Counted from the first letter of the stretch, positions 9,419 to 19,303 are shown. The stretch is DNA of 64,000 bases from Candidatus Eiseniibacteriota bacterium (GCA_963792585.1 CAWBWI010000001.1:544001-608000); one strand, 5' to 3'. Notes: generated from the letters alone by a model not told the origin. Translations and numbers: made by a program.

Positions 9419-10613
9419 GACCATCGTCCTCGCCTTCAGCGGCGGCCTCGACACGTCGTTCTGCATCCCCTGGCTGAGGGAGCGCTACGGCGCGGATGTC
9501 GTCACCGTGACGGTGGACACCGGCGGGCTCGACGACGCAGCCCGCGCCGACCTCGAACGACGCGCGGTGGCTCTCGGCGCGGTTTCCCACAGGCTGGTCG
9601 ATGCCCGCCGGTCGTTCTTCGATGAGACTCTCGCGTACCTGGTGATGGGCAACGTGCTGCGCGGCAATTTGTATCCCCTGTGCGTCGGGGCGGAGCGCAG
9701 CCTGCAGGCGCGCGTGGTCGCGGAAGTCGCAACGGAACTCGGGGCACGTGCGGTCGCGCACGGCAGCACGGCGGCCGGGAACGACCAGGTCCGCTTCGAG
9801 GTCGCCCTACGTACCCTTGCGCCCGAGCTCGAGGTTCTGGCGCCGATCCGCGACGAGGGGCTCTCCCGCGCTCGAGAGGTTCAGTGGCTTGCCGAGCGGG
9901 GCGTCGAGTGGCCACACGCGCGTGCCGACTATTCCGTCAACAGCGGCCTGTGGGGCACCACGATCGGTGGCCGCGAGACCAATGACTCCATCGAGTCGAT
10001 TCCCGAGGAGGCGTGGATGCTCACGCGCGGCGCCTTCGAAGCCCCGCAGCCGCCATGCACGATCAAGATTGGTTTCCAGTGCGGGAGGCCGGCCACGCTC
10101 GACGGCACGAGCCTCGACCCGGTGGCGCTGGTGGAGCATCTCAATGCATTGGCGGGGCGCTATGGGGTCGGCCGTGGGATTCATCTGGGGGACACCGTCC
10201 TCGGTCTCAAGGGCCGGGTCGCGTTCGAGGCGCCGGCAGCGACGCTGCTGATCGCGACCCACCGCGAGTTGGAGAAGCTCGTCCTCACCGGTCGGCAGCA
10301 GCGTCTGAAAGACCAGATTGCGCCGCTCTACGGCGACCTCGTTCACGAAGGTCAGTTCCTCGAGCCCGCTTGCCGGGACATCGAGGCGCTCTTCCGACGC
10401 TCGCAGGAGCGGGTGACCGGGGACGTGCGCGTGCAGCTGCGGCCGGGTTCGGCCTTCGTACTGGGCGCGTCCTCTCCCTGGTCCCTCAAGGCCGCCTCCT
10501 CGGGGGTATACGGCGAGGCGGCGGGGGAGTGGAGCGCGGCGGACGCCCGCGGATTCTCGCGCCTCCTCGCGCTTCCGGGGATGCTCCACGCACGGGCGGG
10601 ACGTCGGGCGTGA
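9411..10613 (+). CDS. argG: Argininosuccinate synthase
   Basis: LAFSGGLDTS, AHGSTAAGNDQVRFE, GLKGRVAFEAP. Confidence 0.95.
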   Translation: MLETIVLAFSGGLDTSFCIPWLRERYGADVVTVTVDTGGLDDAARADLERRAVALGAVSHRLVDARRSFFDETLAYLVMGNVLRGNLYPLCVGAERSLQARVVAEVATELGARAVAHGSTAAGNDQVRFEVALRTLAPELEVLAPIRDEGLSRAREVQWLAERGVEWPHARADYSVNSGLWGTTIGGRETNDSIESIPEEAWMLTRGAFEAPQPPCTIKIGFQCGRPATLDGTSLDPVALVEHLNALAGRYGVGRGIHLGDTVLGLKGRVAFEAPAATLLIATHRELEKLVLTGRQQRLKDQIAPLYGDLVHEGQFLEPACRDIEALFRRSQERVTGDVRVQLRPGSAFVLGASSPWSLKAASSGVYGEAAGEWSAADARGFSRLLALPGMLHARAGRRA

Positions 10614-11686
10614 AGCAAGTCCTGCTGGACAAGATCGGCTCCGTCACATCGAACTGCCGGCTCTCGCGCGAAGTCCGGCTGGGCCCCGATATCCCCGTGG
10701 TGGAAGGCGGCGTGATCGCCGTCCGCGTGCTGGGAGCGAAGAGCACCTACAACGAGCTCGAACTGCCCTCGGGGCGGATGTCGAAGGTCAAGCCGGGCGA
10801 CGTGGTGGCGGGCGCCCTCGGTCACCGCAAAGCGCTCCTTGGCTACTCCGGGAGAATGCCGGAGTCCGTCCAACCGGGGGATTCGATCCACATCCTCAAC
10901 ACGGGCGGCGTGCTGGGAATCTGCGACGGGATCAACCCCGATCTCGGACGCCCGTTCGAGTGTCAGGTCCTCGGCCAGGTGCTGCACTTCCCGTACCTCG
11001 GCGAACGCGTCGGCCTGCCGGCCCACATTTCCCAGGGCGCGATCCCGATGGCGGAGACGCTGGATGTTCGCGGTGTGCCGGTGGTCGCGATCGTCGGTTC
11101 GTGCATGAACGCAGGGAAGACCCAGGCCGCTTGCGCTCTGATCCAGCAGTTCGCGCACCGCGGACTCAAGGTCGCGGCGGGGAAGGCGACGGGAGTCTCG
11201 CTCCGGCGCGACGTCCTGGCGATGGAGGATGCCGGCGCACGCCTCACGATGATCTTCACGGACCTGGGGATTGTGACGACGACGCCCGAGGTGGCGCCCG
11301 CAGCTGCGCGCACGCTTCTGACGCGACTCGCTGCGGATCGGCCGGATCTGATCGTCCTGGAGCTGGGCGACGGGTTGCTCGGTCTCTATGGTGTCCAGGC
11401 CATTCTCGGCGACGCGGCCCTGCGCGCGTCGTTCGGAGCGATCGTGCTCGCGGCGAACGATCCGGTGGCCGCGTGGGGCGGTGTGCGTCTGCTTGCCGAG
11501 CGGCACCAGCTCGCCACCACCGTCGTGACCGGTCCGGCGACCGACAACTCCGCCGGTACGCGCGTGATTTCTTCCGAGACCAACGTCCCGGCGTTCAACG
11601 CGCGCACAGACCCTGGGAAACTCGCCGAGGCCGTGCTCGCGAAGCTGCCCGCTATGTTCCGCGACGCGGAGTCGCCGGATGCATGA
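10610..11686 (+). CDS. DUF1611/DgcN-like P-loop protein embedded in arg operon
   Basis: GTG start overlapping argG stop; ELELPSGR, VGSCMNAGKT, GKATG, DAGA...FTDLG, IVLELGDGL motifs. Confidence 0.75.
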   Translation: MKQVLLDKIGSVTSNCRLSREVRLGPDIPVVEGGVIAVRVLGAKSTYNELELPSGRMSKVKPGDVVAGALGHRKALLGYSGRMPESVQPGDSIHILNTGGVLGICDGINPDLGRPFECQVLGQVLHFPYLGERVGLPAHISQGAIPMAETLDVRGVPVVAIVGSCMNAGKTQAACALIQQFAHRGLKVAAGKATGVSLRRDVLAMEDAGARLTMIFTDLGIVTTTPEVAPAAARTLLTRLAADRPDLIVLELGDGLLGLYGVQAILGDAALRASFGAIVLAANDPVAAWGGVRLLAERHQLATTVVTGPATDNSAGTRVISSETNVPAFNARTDPGKLAEAVLAKLPAMFRDAESPDA

Positions 11687-12746
11687 GGGGCGGATCCCGG
11701 TTCTCCTGTTGGGAGGATCCGGCTATGTCACGGGGGAGCTCTTGCGGCTGCTGGCGGCGCATCCACGCTTCGAGGTACGTGCCGTGGCCTCGACCAGCCG
11801 TGATGGTGGGGTGACCGAGGCTTTCCCGCACCTCGCCGGTTCCAGCCTCGACGGTCTCCGCTTCTGCCCGTTCGAGGCTCTGGGGAGTTTCTTTGAGCGT
11901 GGCGCACGCTGCGGGGTGATCGCGGCCACACCCCACGGTGTGACGGCCAGGCTCCTCGATGGTTTGTTGTCGGAAGCGGAGGCGAAGGGCGCGTCTGTAC
12001 GGGCGGTCGATCTCTCCGCGGACTTCCGTTACGCCGATCCGGCGGACTTTGCCGACGTCTATGGCCAAGCGCACGGCGCGCCCGCCCGCGCGACCTCGTT
12101 CGTCTGCGCGGTGCCCGAGCACTTCACGGGTGTGCCCGCCCGGCACGCGGCGCAGCCAGGGTGCTTCACGACCGCGGTCGTGCTCGCCGCCTACCCGATG
12201 TTCGCGCTCGGTCTCGCAGAGCCGGAAGTGTTCGTCGCCGCGGTGACCGGCAGCTCGGGCAGCGGCCGCACACCGTCCGCGGGCACGCACCACCCCGAGA
12301 GAAGGAGCAGCATGTATGCGTACAACCCGCTGACGCACCGCCACGAAACGGAAATGCGGCGGCTGCTGGCGCCGGCCGCGGGGGGTGTCGAGCCGGACGT
12401 GCAGTTCGTGCCGCACTCCGGACCTTTCGTGCGGGGCATCCACGCGACGCTGCGGCTCACCCTGAAGGAACCAATCCCGGCCGAAGACGTGGGGGAAGGC
12501 CTGCGGGCATTCTACGAGGGGGCCCCGTTCGTCGGCGTCACGACGACCCCGCCAAGGTTGACCGAAGTGACCGGGACGAACCGCTGCCGCATCGGCGTCG
12601 CCACGCGCGGGACGACCGTGGTTCTGACCTCCGTCATCGACAACCTCGTCAAGGGTGCGGCCGGGGGTGGGATCCAGTGGCTCAATCGCCTGCACCATCT
12701 CCCTGACGACATGGGTCTAGCCGTCACGGGCCTGGGGTGGTATTGA
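11679..12746 (+). CDS. argC: N-acyl-gamma-glutamyl-phosphate reductase
   Basis: GGSGYVTGELLRLL, DLSADFR, PGCFTTA, IDNLVKGAAG. Confidence 0.95.
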   Translation: MHEGRIPVLLLGGSGYVTGELLRLLAAHPRFEVRAVASTSRDGGVTEAFPHLAGSSLDGLRFCPFEALGSFFERGARCGVIAATPHGVTARLLDGLLSEAEAKGASVRAVDLSADFRYADPADFADVYGQAHGAPARATSFVCAVPEHFTGVPARHAAQPGCFTTAVVLAAYPMFALGLAEPEVFVAAVTGSSGSGRTPSAGTHHPERRSSMYAYNPLTHRHETEMRRLLAPAAGGVEPDVQFVPHSGPFVRGIHATLRLTLKEPIPAEDVGEGLRAFYEGAPFVGVTTTPPRLTEVTGTNRCRIGVATRGTTVVLTSVIDNLVKGAAGGGIQWLNRLHHLPDDMGLAVTGLGWY

Positions 12747-12747
12747 C

Positions 12748-13908
12748 GTGGCGCTCTCGCAGACCGCAACCGTGAGACCGCCGGTGCTCTTCGACGTCTA
12801 CGATCAGATGCCGCTGCGTCCCGTGCGCGGTCATGGGGCTTGGCTCGAGACTGGCGATGGGACGCGGTGGCTCGACTTCTACGGCGGGCACGCCGTGGCG
12901 CTCCTGGGTTACGGCCACCCGCGGCTTCTGGCCGCCCTCGAGGCCCAGGCGGGGACGCTCTTCTTCCAGAGCAATGCGGTCCCACTCGCCGTGCGCGAGC
13001 GCGCCGCCGAGCGCCTGCTCCGCTTCGGCCCCGCCGGGCTCGATCGCGTCTTCTTCGTCAACTCCGGCGCAGAGGCGAACGAGAATGCGCTTCGGCTCGC
13101 CTTTCGAACCACCGGGCGGCGGCAGGTGGTTGCGGTGGAGGGCGCCTTCCACGGGAGGACCGCGGCCACCGCGGCGGTCACCGCTGGGAGCGCAAGGTGG
13201 TACGCCTTTCCCGAGCGACCCTTCCCCGTGACCTTCGTGCCCTTCGAGGATGCGGGCGCGCTCGCCGACGCGGTCTCCACGGAGACCGCTGCGGTGATCG
13301 TCGAACCCGTGCAGGGGGTCGCCGGCGCGCGCGCCATGTCGACAGCGTTCCTTTCCGCCGCCCGTGACCTGACCGCCGCGTGCGGCGCACTCCTGATCTT
13401 CGACGAGGTCCAGTGCGGCATGGGCCGTACCGGGACGCCGTTCGCCGCGCAACACCACGGGATCCTGCCCGACGTGCTCACCGTCGCCAAGGGGATCGCC
13501 GGCGGATTCCCGGCCGGTGCGGTGCTGGCGAGCGAGCATGTCGCGACCTGCATGGGGCGGGGCGATCTCGGCACGACCTTCGGCGGCGGCCCGCTTGCCG
13601 CCGCGCTTGTCGAGACCGTGATCGACATCATCGAATCCGAGGACCTCCTGTCCCAGGTCCGGCGCCTCTCGGAACGGTTGCGCCGCGAGTGCGTGGTCGG
13701 CCCCGTCACCGCGGTGCAGGGGCTCGGCTTCCTGCTCGGTCTGCGCACCACGAGACCCGCGAAGGAGGTCGTGGGTGCCCTGAACGCGCGCCACATCGTT
13801 GCCGGCGGCAGCGCGGACGCGAACGTCGTGCGGCTCCTGCCGCCCCTGATTCTCGAGGACGGGCACGTCGACCTTCTTGTCGAAGCCCTGAAGGAGATCC
13901 CCGCATGA
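12748..13908 (+). CDS. argD: Acetyl/succinylornithine aminotransferase
   Basis: Class III PLP motifs NSGAEANE, FHGRT, IFDEVQCGMGRTG, VAKGIAGG. Confidence 0.92.
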   Translation: MALSQTATVRPPVLFDVYDQMPLRPVRGHGAWLETGDGTRWLDFYGGHAVALLGYGHPRLLAALEAQAGTLFFQSNAVPLAVRERAAERLLRFGPAGLDRVFFVNSGAEANENALRLAFRTTGRRQVVAVEGAFHGRTAATAAVTAGSARWYAFPERPFPVTFVPFEDAGALADAVSTETAAVIVEPVQGVAGARAMSTAFLSAARDLTAACGALLIFDEVQCGMGRTGTPFAAQHHGILPDVLTVAKGIAGGFPAGAVLASEHVATCMGRGDLGTTFGGGPLAAALVETVIDIIESEDLLSQVRRLSERLRRECVVGPVTAVQGLGFLLGLRTTRPAKEVVGALNARHIVAGGSADANVVRLLPPLILEDGHVDLLVEALKEIPA

Positions 13909-14915
13909 AGCAGTTTCTGGACCTCGATGACCTGTCCGACGCGCAGCTCGAGAGTGTGCTGGCGCGGGCCCGCCACCTGGAGGGGGAGCCGCACAGCGAA
14001 GCGCTCCGGGGCAAGGTCGTCGGCCTTCTTTTCATGAATCCATCCCTGCGAACTCTTGCCTCGATGCAGGCCGGGATCGGGCAGCTGGGGGGCACGAGCT
14101 TCGTGATCAGCCCCGGAGCGGGGAGCTGGCTCCTGGAGACGGGCGACGGCGCCGTCATGGACGGCGCGGCGGCCGAGCACATCCGGGAGGCGATTCCCGT
14201 GCTCGCCCAGTATGCGGACGCGCTCGGCGTTCGCTGTTTCGCGCGGGGGGTGGATCTCGCCGAGGACCTGGAAGACGGGGTGATCAAGAAGATGGCCGCA
14301 CTGGCGCCCGTGCCCTTCATCAACCTCGAATCGGCGATCTCGCACCCATGTCAGGCGCTCGCGGACTGGAAGACGCTCGACGATTGCGGGGTCCCACGAC
14401 GCGGCGGACGGTTCGTGCTCTCGTGGGCCTATCATCCCAAGCCGCTCGCCTACGCGGTCCCCGCGTCCGTTCTCGTCATGGCTGCGCGGAGGGGGATGCA
14501 GGTGACCGTGCTGCGCCCGGATGGCTATGAACTGCCGGAATCCGTGATGACCCGAGCGCGCGCTGTCGCGATCCGATCCGGAGGCTCCGTGGAGGAAACG
14601 TCGGACCGGCGCACGGGCATGGCCGGGGCAGACGTTCTCTACGCGAAGTCCTGGGGAGCGGTGAACGCCTACGGTCGGCCCGAGGTCGATGCCCTGCAGC
14701 GGGCGGGGCTTGGGGACTGGTGCGTGAGGGAGTCATGGTTTGCGGGCGCCGCCCCGAACGCCCGGTTCATGCACTGCCTGCCCGTGCGGCGCAACGTCAA
14801 GGTGGCCGACGAGGTGCTCGATGGTCCGCGCAGTGTGGTCGTTCGTGAGGCAGGAAACCGCCTGCACGTCCAGAAGGCTCTCATGATGGAGATGCTGGTG
14901 GAGGAGGCCCGATGA
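13905..14915 (+). CDS. argF': N-acylornithine carbamoyltransferase (AOTCase/SOTCase type, ArgF')
   Basis: NPSLRT, MDGAAAEH, HPCQ, WAYHPKPL, HCLPVRRN motifs typical of N-acylornithine transcarbamylases rather than canonical OTC. Confidence 0.9.
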   Translation: MKQFLDLDDLSDAQLESVLARARHLEGEPHSEALRGKVVGLLFMNPSLRTLASMQAGIGQLGGTSFVISPGAGSWLLETGDGAVMDGAAAEHIREAIPVLAQYADALGVRCFARGVDLAEDLEDGVIKKMAALAPVPFINLESAISHPCQALADWKTLDDCGVPRRGGRFVLSWAYHPKPLAYAVPASVLVMAARRGMQVTVLRPDGYELPESVMTRARAVAIRSGGSVEETSDRRTGMAGADVLYAKSWGAVNAYGRPEVDALQRAGLGDWCVRESWFAGAAPNARFMHCLPVRRNVKVADEVLDGPRSVVVREAGNRLHVQKALMMEMLVEEAR

Positions 14916-15874
14916 TTGGTTCCAGTGATCGCGAAACAACTCTGTTGGGCCTGAGGCGTGCGCTGCCCTACGTCCGGCTGTTCCGAGGCCGCACGTTCGT
15001 GGTCAAGCTCGGAGGGACCGCGTGCGGCGATCCCGAAGTGCTCTCGCGCGTCGTGGAGCAGATCGACATGTTGGTCACCTTTGGGATCCACATCGTGCTC
15101 GTGCACGGGGGAGGCGCCCAGACCACGACGCTATCGCGGAAGCTCGGGATCGAGGCGTGCTTCATCGACGGGCGACGCGTCACACCGCCCGGCGCACTGG
15201 AAGCCGCGGTGATGGCGATCGCGGGACAGGTGAACATGGGGATCCTCGCCGCGTGCCGCGCGCAGGGTCTCCCCGCAATCGGCCTTTCGGGTGTCGATGC
15301 GGCGCTGATTCGCGCCGTCAGGCGTCCCATCAAGTCGGAGGACCGGGGCGCCGGGCCCCAGGCGATCGACTATGGAGAGGTCGGCGATGTCACCGGGATC
15401 GAGGAGAATGTCCTCGTCCGGTTGGTCGATGCTGGGTTTCTCCCGGTCGTTGCCTCGCTCGCGGCGGATGACCAGGGGCATGTGCTCAATGTCAACGCCG
15501 ATACTGCCGCTTCCCGGATCGCCACGGCGCTCGGCGCGGAGAAGCTGATCTTCCTGACCGACACCCCGGGAATCCTGGCCGATCGGGACGATCCGGGTTC
15601 GGTCATCAGTTATGTCGACCTGCAGGGTCTGCAGGAACTCGAGGCGAGTGGGGCCCTTGCCGGCGGGATGCTGCCAAAGACGGATGCCGTGCGCAGTGCG
15701 CTCACCGGCGGCGTCGGCCGTGTGCACGTAGTAGGGCACGCAGGACCGGCGAGCCTGCTCGCCGAGGTGTTCACCAACGAGGGGGCGGGGACGTTGGTCG
15801 TGCGCAGCACCCGCGAGCTCCTTCCTGCCGAGCACGACGCGCCGGGTTCCGCAGTGGCCGGGGGCGTGGTGTGA
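14912..15874 (+). CDS. argB: N-acylglutamate kinase
   Basis: VVKLGG, VHGGG, NVNADTAA, GGMLPK; no fused GNAT domain. Confidence 0.93.
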   Translation: MIGSSDRETTLLGLRRALPYVRLFRGRTFVVKLGGTACGDPEVLSRVVEQIDMLVTFGIHIVLVHGGGAQTTTLSRKLGIEACFIDGRRVTPPGALEAAVMAIAGQVNMGILAACRAQGLPAIGLSGVDAALIRAVRRPIKSEDRGAGPQAIDYGEVGDVTGIEENVLVRLVDAGFLPVVASLAADDQGHVLNVNADTAASRIATALGAEKLIFLTDTPGILADRDDPGSVISYVDLQGLQELEASGALAGGMLPKTDAVRSALTGGVGRVHVVGHAGPASLLAEVFTNEGAGTLVVRSTRELLPAEHDAPGSAVAGGVV

Positions 15875-16962
15875 CCGATACCGAACTTCTCGCGCTTCAC
15901 CGCTCGATGATCGAGATTCCATCCCTATCCGGGGATGAGGGTGCGTTGTGTGGGGCGCTGATCGAGTGGCTTGCGGATCGTGGGCTCGTCGCGAAGCGGC
16001 TCGGCAACAATCTCTTCGCCGCGGTAGGCAGCGGGCCGACGATTGCGCTCAACTCCCACCTCGATACCGTGCCCGCGTCCTCGGGGTGGACCCGAGGTCC
16101 GCACCAGGCGGCTGTCGTGGACGGCAAAGTCCACGGACTCGGCAGCAACGACGCGAAGGCTGCGGCCGCCTGCATGGTCACCGCATTCGCGCGTTTGGCT
16201 CCCAGTGTGACACGGCTCGGCATTCGCCTGCTTCTCACGCTTTCCGCCGAGGAAGAGGTGGGCGGACGCGGCAGTGAGGTCCTCGTTCCGGAGCTGGACC
16301 GACTCGGCCTCGCGCCGGAGGCCGTGATCGTGGGGGAGCCGACGGGACTCGATATCGCGATCGCGCAAAAGGGGCTGCTCGTGCTCGAGCTGCGCACGGT
16401 CGGTCGCGCCTGCCACGCAGCGAACGGCCGGTCCCTCGACGCTCCCAACGCGCTGAGCCGCCTCGCCCGGGGACTGGTGGCGCTCGATGCGGTCGAGTTC
16501 GGCGGGCCGCACCCCCTGCTCGGGCCGGTCACGGTGGAACCGACGATGGTGAAGGGCGGGATCGCCCGGAACATGATTCCGCCCGAGGCGAGTTGCCTGA
16601 TCGATGTCCGCACCAATCCGGCGCCCGACCAGCGCGCGACCTACGAGAGGCTCGCGGCGGTGGTGGCCGAGGGCGAGTTAGTGTTGATCTCCGACCGGTT
16701 GAGGCCCTATGAAATCGACGTCGCCCACCCTCTGCTCGCCGCGGCCCGTTCGGCGCGACCGCAGGCGGCCCTCTTCGGCTCGCGCGGACTGTCCGACCTG
16801 GTGTTCTTCCACGCTGCCGGCATCAAGGTCGGACCCGGAAGGACCGAGCGCTCGCACACGCCGGATGAGTTCGTCTTCGAGAGCGAGGTCATCGAGGGAG
16901 CGCAATTCTATGAGCGGGCCGTTCGCGCCTGGGCGGCTTCGCTGAAGGGGGCGCTGGCATGA
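15871..16962 (+). CDS. argE: M20-family deacylase (acetylornithine/acylcitrulline deacylase)
   Basis: NSHLDTV, GLGSNDAK, EEEVGG, GEPT, SHTPDE; position in arg operon. Confidence 0.85.
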   Translation: MTDTELLALHRSMIEIPSLSGDEGALCGALIEWLADRGLVAKRLGNNLFAAVGSGPTIALNSHLDTVPASSGWTRGPHQAAVVDGKVHGLGSNDAKAAAACMVTAFARLAPSVTRLGIRLLLTLSAEEEVGGRGSEVLVPELDRLGLAPEAVIVGEPTGLDIAIAQKGLLVLELRTVGRACHAANGRSLDAPNALSRLARGLVALDAVEFGGPHPLLGPVTVEPTMVKGGIARNMIPPEASCLIDVRTNPAPDQRATYERLAAVVAEGELVLISDRLRPYEIDVAHPLLAAARSARPQAALFGSRGLSDLVFFHAAGIKVGPGRTERSHTPDEFVFESEVIEGAQFYERAVRAWAASLKGALA

Positions 16963-18143
16963 GCCGCCTGTGGGACCGCGGCGAGCCCCTCGAGCGATTC
17001 GTTCTCTACTACACTGCGGGGGAGGATCACGTCCTCGACGAACGTCTCGTCGCCTATGACGTGCGCGCCTCGGCCGCCCACGCCGCGATGCTCCACACGT
17101 GCGGCTATCTCGACGACAACGACCACGCGGTTCTCCAGCGGGCGCTCGAGGAAATCGGTTCGGCTCATGCGCGCGGGGAGTGGCAGATCGCGCTCGAGGA
17201 AGAGGACGTTCACTCCGCGCTCGAGAACCGTCTGGTCGCAACCGCTGGAGACGTGGGGCGCCGGATCCACCTGGGCCGTTCGCGCAACGACCAGGTGCTC
17301 GCCGCGCTACGCCTCTACCTGCTCGATGCCCTCGATGCGCTGGCCCTCTCCGCCGACGCCGTCGCCGCCGCGCTGGACGACCTGGCGGACCGGCATGGCC
17401 CCCTGCCCATGCCCGGGTACACCCACCAACAACAGGCGATGCCGACGACCCTCGCGCTCTGGTGCGGCGGATACGCGGCCGAGCTGCGCGACGACGGCGA
17501 GGGGCTGCGTTCGGCGCGCCGACGGGCGCAGCAGAACCCGCTTGGCTCGGCCGCCGGCTACGGCGTTCCAGGAATCCAGATCGACCGCGAGGAGACGCGG
17601 CGGGCCCTCGGGTTCGCATCGATCCACCAGCCGGTCACCGCCGTCCAGCTCTCGCGGGGCAAAGCCGAGGCATCGGCGCTCTTCGAGGCGGCTCTCTTGG
17701 GCCAGGACCTCGGACGACTTGCCGCGGAGCTCTGTCTCTTCTCCACGGCAGAGTTCGCATTCGTCCTGCTGCCCCCGGAGCTGACGACCGGCTCCTCGAT
17801 GCTGCCGCAGAAGCGCAATCCGGACCTCTTCGAACTGGCGAGAGGGCGTGGCGGAGAGGCGGTGGCCGCACTCAATGAAGTGCTGAGTGTATTCGCCAAG
17901 CTGCCATCCGGCTACCACCGCGACCTCCAGCTGATCAAGAAGCCTCTCTTCCGCGGGCTCGACGCCGTCGGTGCGACCGCTCACCTCTTCGTGGAAGCCC
18001 TGCCCCGGATCTCCTTCGACTCTGCGCGGCTCGCGGCCGCGATCGATCCGTCCTCACGCATGGCGGAGCGGGCGAACCGAGTGGTCGTCGACGAGGGGAT
18101 CCCGTTTCGGGAGGCCTACCGGCGCGTGAAGGAGGAGGGGTAA
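16959..18143 (+). CDS. argH: Argininosuccinate lyase
   Basis: GRSRNDQV, MPGYTH, TGSSMLPQKRNPD. Confidence 0.95.
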   Translation: MSRLWDRGEPLERFVLYYTAGEDHVLDERLVAYDVRASAAHAAMLHTCGYLDDNDHAVLQRALEEIGSAHARGEWQIALEEEDVHSALENRLVATAGDVGRRIHLGRSRNDQVLAALRLYLLDALDALALSADAVAAALDDLADRHGPLPMPGYTHQQQAMPTTLALWCGGYAAELRDDGEGLRSARRRAQQNPLGSAAGYGVPGIQIDREETRRALGFASIHQPVTAVQLSRGKAEASALFEAALLGQDLGRLAAELCLFSTAEFAFVLLPPELTTGSSMLPQKRNPDLFELARGRGGEAVAALNEVLSVFAKLPSGYHRDLQLIKKPLFRGLDAVGATAHLFVEALPRISFDSARLAAAIDPSSRMAERANRVVVDEGIPFREAYRRVKEEG

Positions 18144-18278
18144 TCCGGCATTGCGTGGAATCCGCGCAGCAGGGCGACGATGGCGTGGGCCTTCTGGACG
18201 GTAGCACCACGTTCCGGGGCTGTGCTATTCTCCGGACTGCCCAGCCAGAGAGCTGTTACCAGGGAAGGTTGGGAGCGC

Positions 18279-18352
18279 GCGCCCGTAGCTCAGCTGGATA
18301 GAGCGTTTGCCTCCGGAGCAAAAGGTCACAGGTTCGAATCCTGTCGGGCGTA
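18279..18352 (+). tRNA. tRNA-Arg(CCG)
   Basis: Acceptor GCGCCCG/CGGGCGT, D-arm TAGCTCAGCTGGATAGAGC, anticodon stem TTTGC-CT CCG GA-GCAAA, T-loop GGTTCGAATCC; CCA not encoded. Confidence 0.97.
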
Positions 18353-18364
18353 CAGAAAACGAAG

Positions 18365-18393
18365 GCCGCCGGTTCTTACGACCCGGCGGCTTT
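18365..18393. terminator. Hairpin terminator between tRNA-Arg and convergent gene
   Basis: GCCGCCGG-10 nt-CCGGCGGC followed by TTT. Confidence 0.6.
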
Positions 18394-18410
18394 CCGCGAA
18401 TTGGCCCCCA

Positions 18411-18866
18411 CTAGCCGAAAATGGCCATGCCCACATAGAAGAGAATCGAGAGGCCGACCAGGGCGTCGCCCGCCAGTCCGAGGACCAGCCCGACATACCG
18501 CGCCTGCTTGCGCGGCACGTCGATGTGGTCGATCGACCGGAGCGGCACCCGCAATGTGTCCGCGCGGCTTCCCGGCACGCCCGGATTCATCACGTCGGTC
18601 TTGAGTACCAGGAGTGACTCCCCCGTGCAGTCATGCCACAGGTAGACACCCTCGCGTCGGACGCCATCGTCAAGGACGAGGGTGACCCTCTGCCCCTCGT
18701 GGAGCGGGTGCCTTGTGCATGCCGGCGGGGGCGTCGCGCGTGCGTAGTGGGTGTCCACCATGCGGCCTGCGCTGTAGCCCAGCATCGAAGCGCATCCGGT
18801 GAGGAGCAAGATCGAGCCGATCGGAACCGTCCGCAGCACAGAAAATGCCCACCCTCGATCCGTCAT
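18411..18866 (-). CDS. Hypothetical lipoprotein/membrane protein
   Basis: Lipobox-like LLLTGC, Sm-like VTLVLDDG...G stretch, C-terminal TM helix; start uncertain (18866 or 18881). Confidence 0.55.
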   Translation of the reverse strand: MTDRGWAFSVLRTVPIGSILLLTGCASMLGYSAGRMVDTHYARATPPPACTRHPLHEGQRVTLVLDDGVRREGVYLWHDCTGESLLVLKTDVMNPGVPGSRADTLRVPLRSIDHIDVPRKQARYVGLVLGLAGDALVGLSILFYVGMAIFG

Positions 18867-18978
18867 CCGTAGATCTCCCATCACCCGACCGCCGGGTCGA
18901 GTATCCTCTGCATCGGAAGGGGATTCCACCCGGATCCCGGCCGGAGCGTCGTGCCGGAAGCACGAAGGAGCGCGCAGG

Positions 18979-19269
18979 ATGCAACGCGATTCCGATCCGT
19001 ACCGCAAACCAGAGCCACGTGGAGCGGAAGCATGGGTCCCACCGCTGGTGCTGGCGGTCGTCCAGGTCGCCCTCGTCGTCTCCCTGGTCGTATTCATTGT
19101 CGTGGCCAGGCCGCTGCAGGGCCGGATCAGCTTGCCATCGTGGACGATACCGACTGCGACCACCTTCTGCGGCTTATTCGCCGGCTACATGCTGTTGCGG
19201 GTGATCGTCAACGTTCGCGCGGCGTTTCGCGGCTATCAGCGAAGGAAAGATCCACCCGCGCGCTTCTAG
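18979..19269 (+). CDS. Small two-TM membrane protein
   Basis: AAGGAG RBS, two hydrophobic helices. Confidence 0.5.
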   Translation: MQRDSDPYRKPEPRGAEAWVPPLVLAVVQVALVVSLVVFIVVARPLQGRISLPSWTIPTATTFCGLFAGYMLLRVIVNVRAAFRGYQRRKDPPARF

Positions 19270-19303
19270 GGCACGTCTCTTGCCCCGCACTCGGGCAGGG
19301 AGA

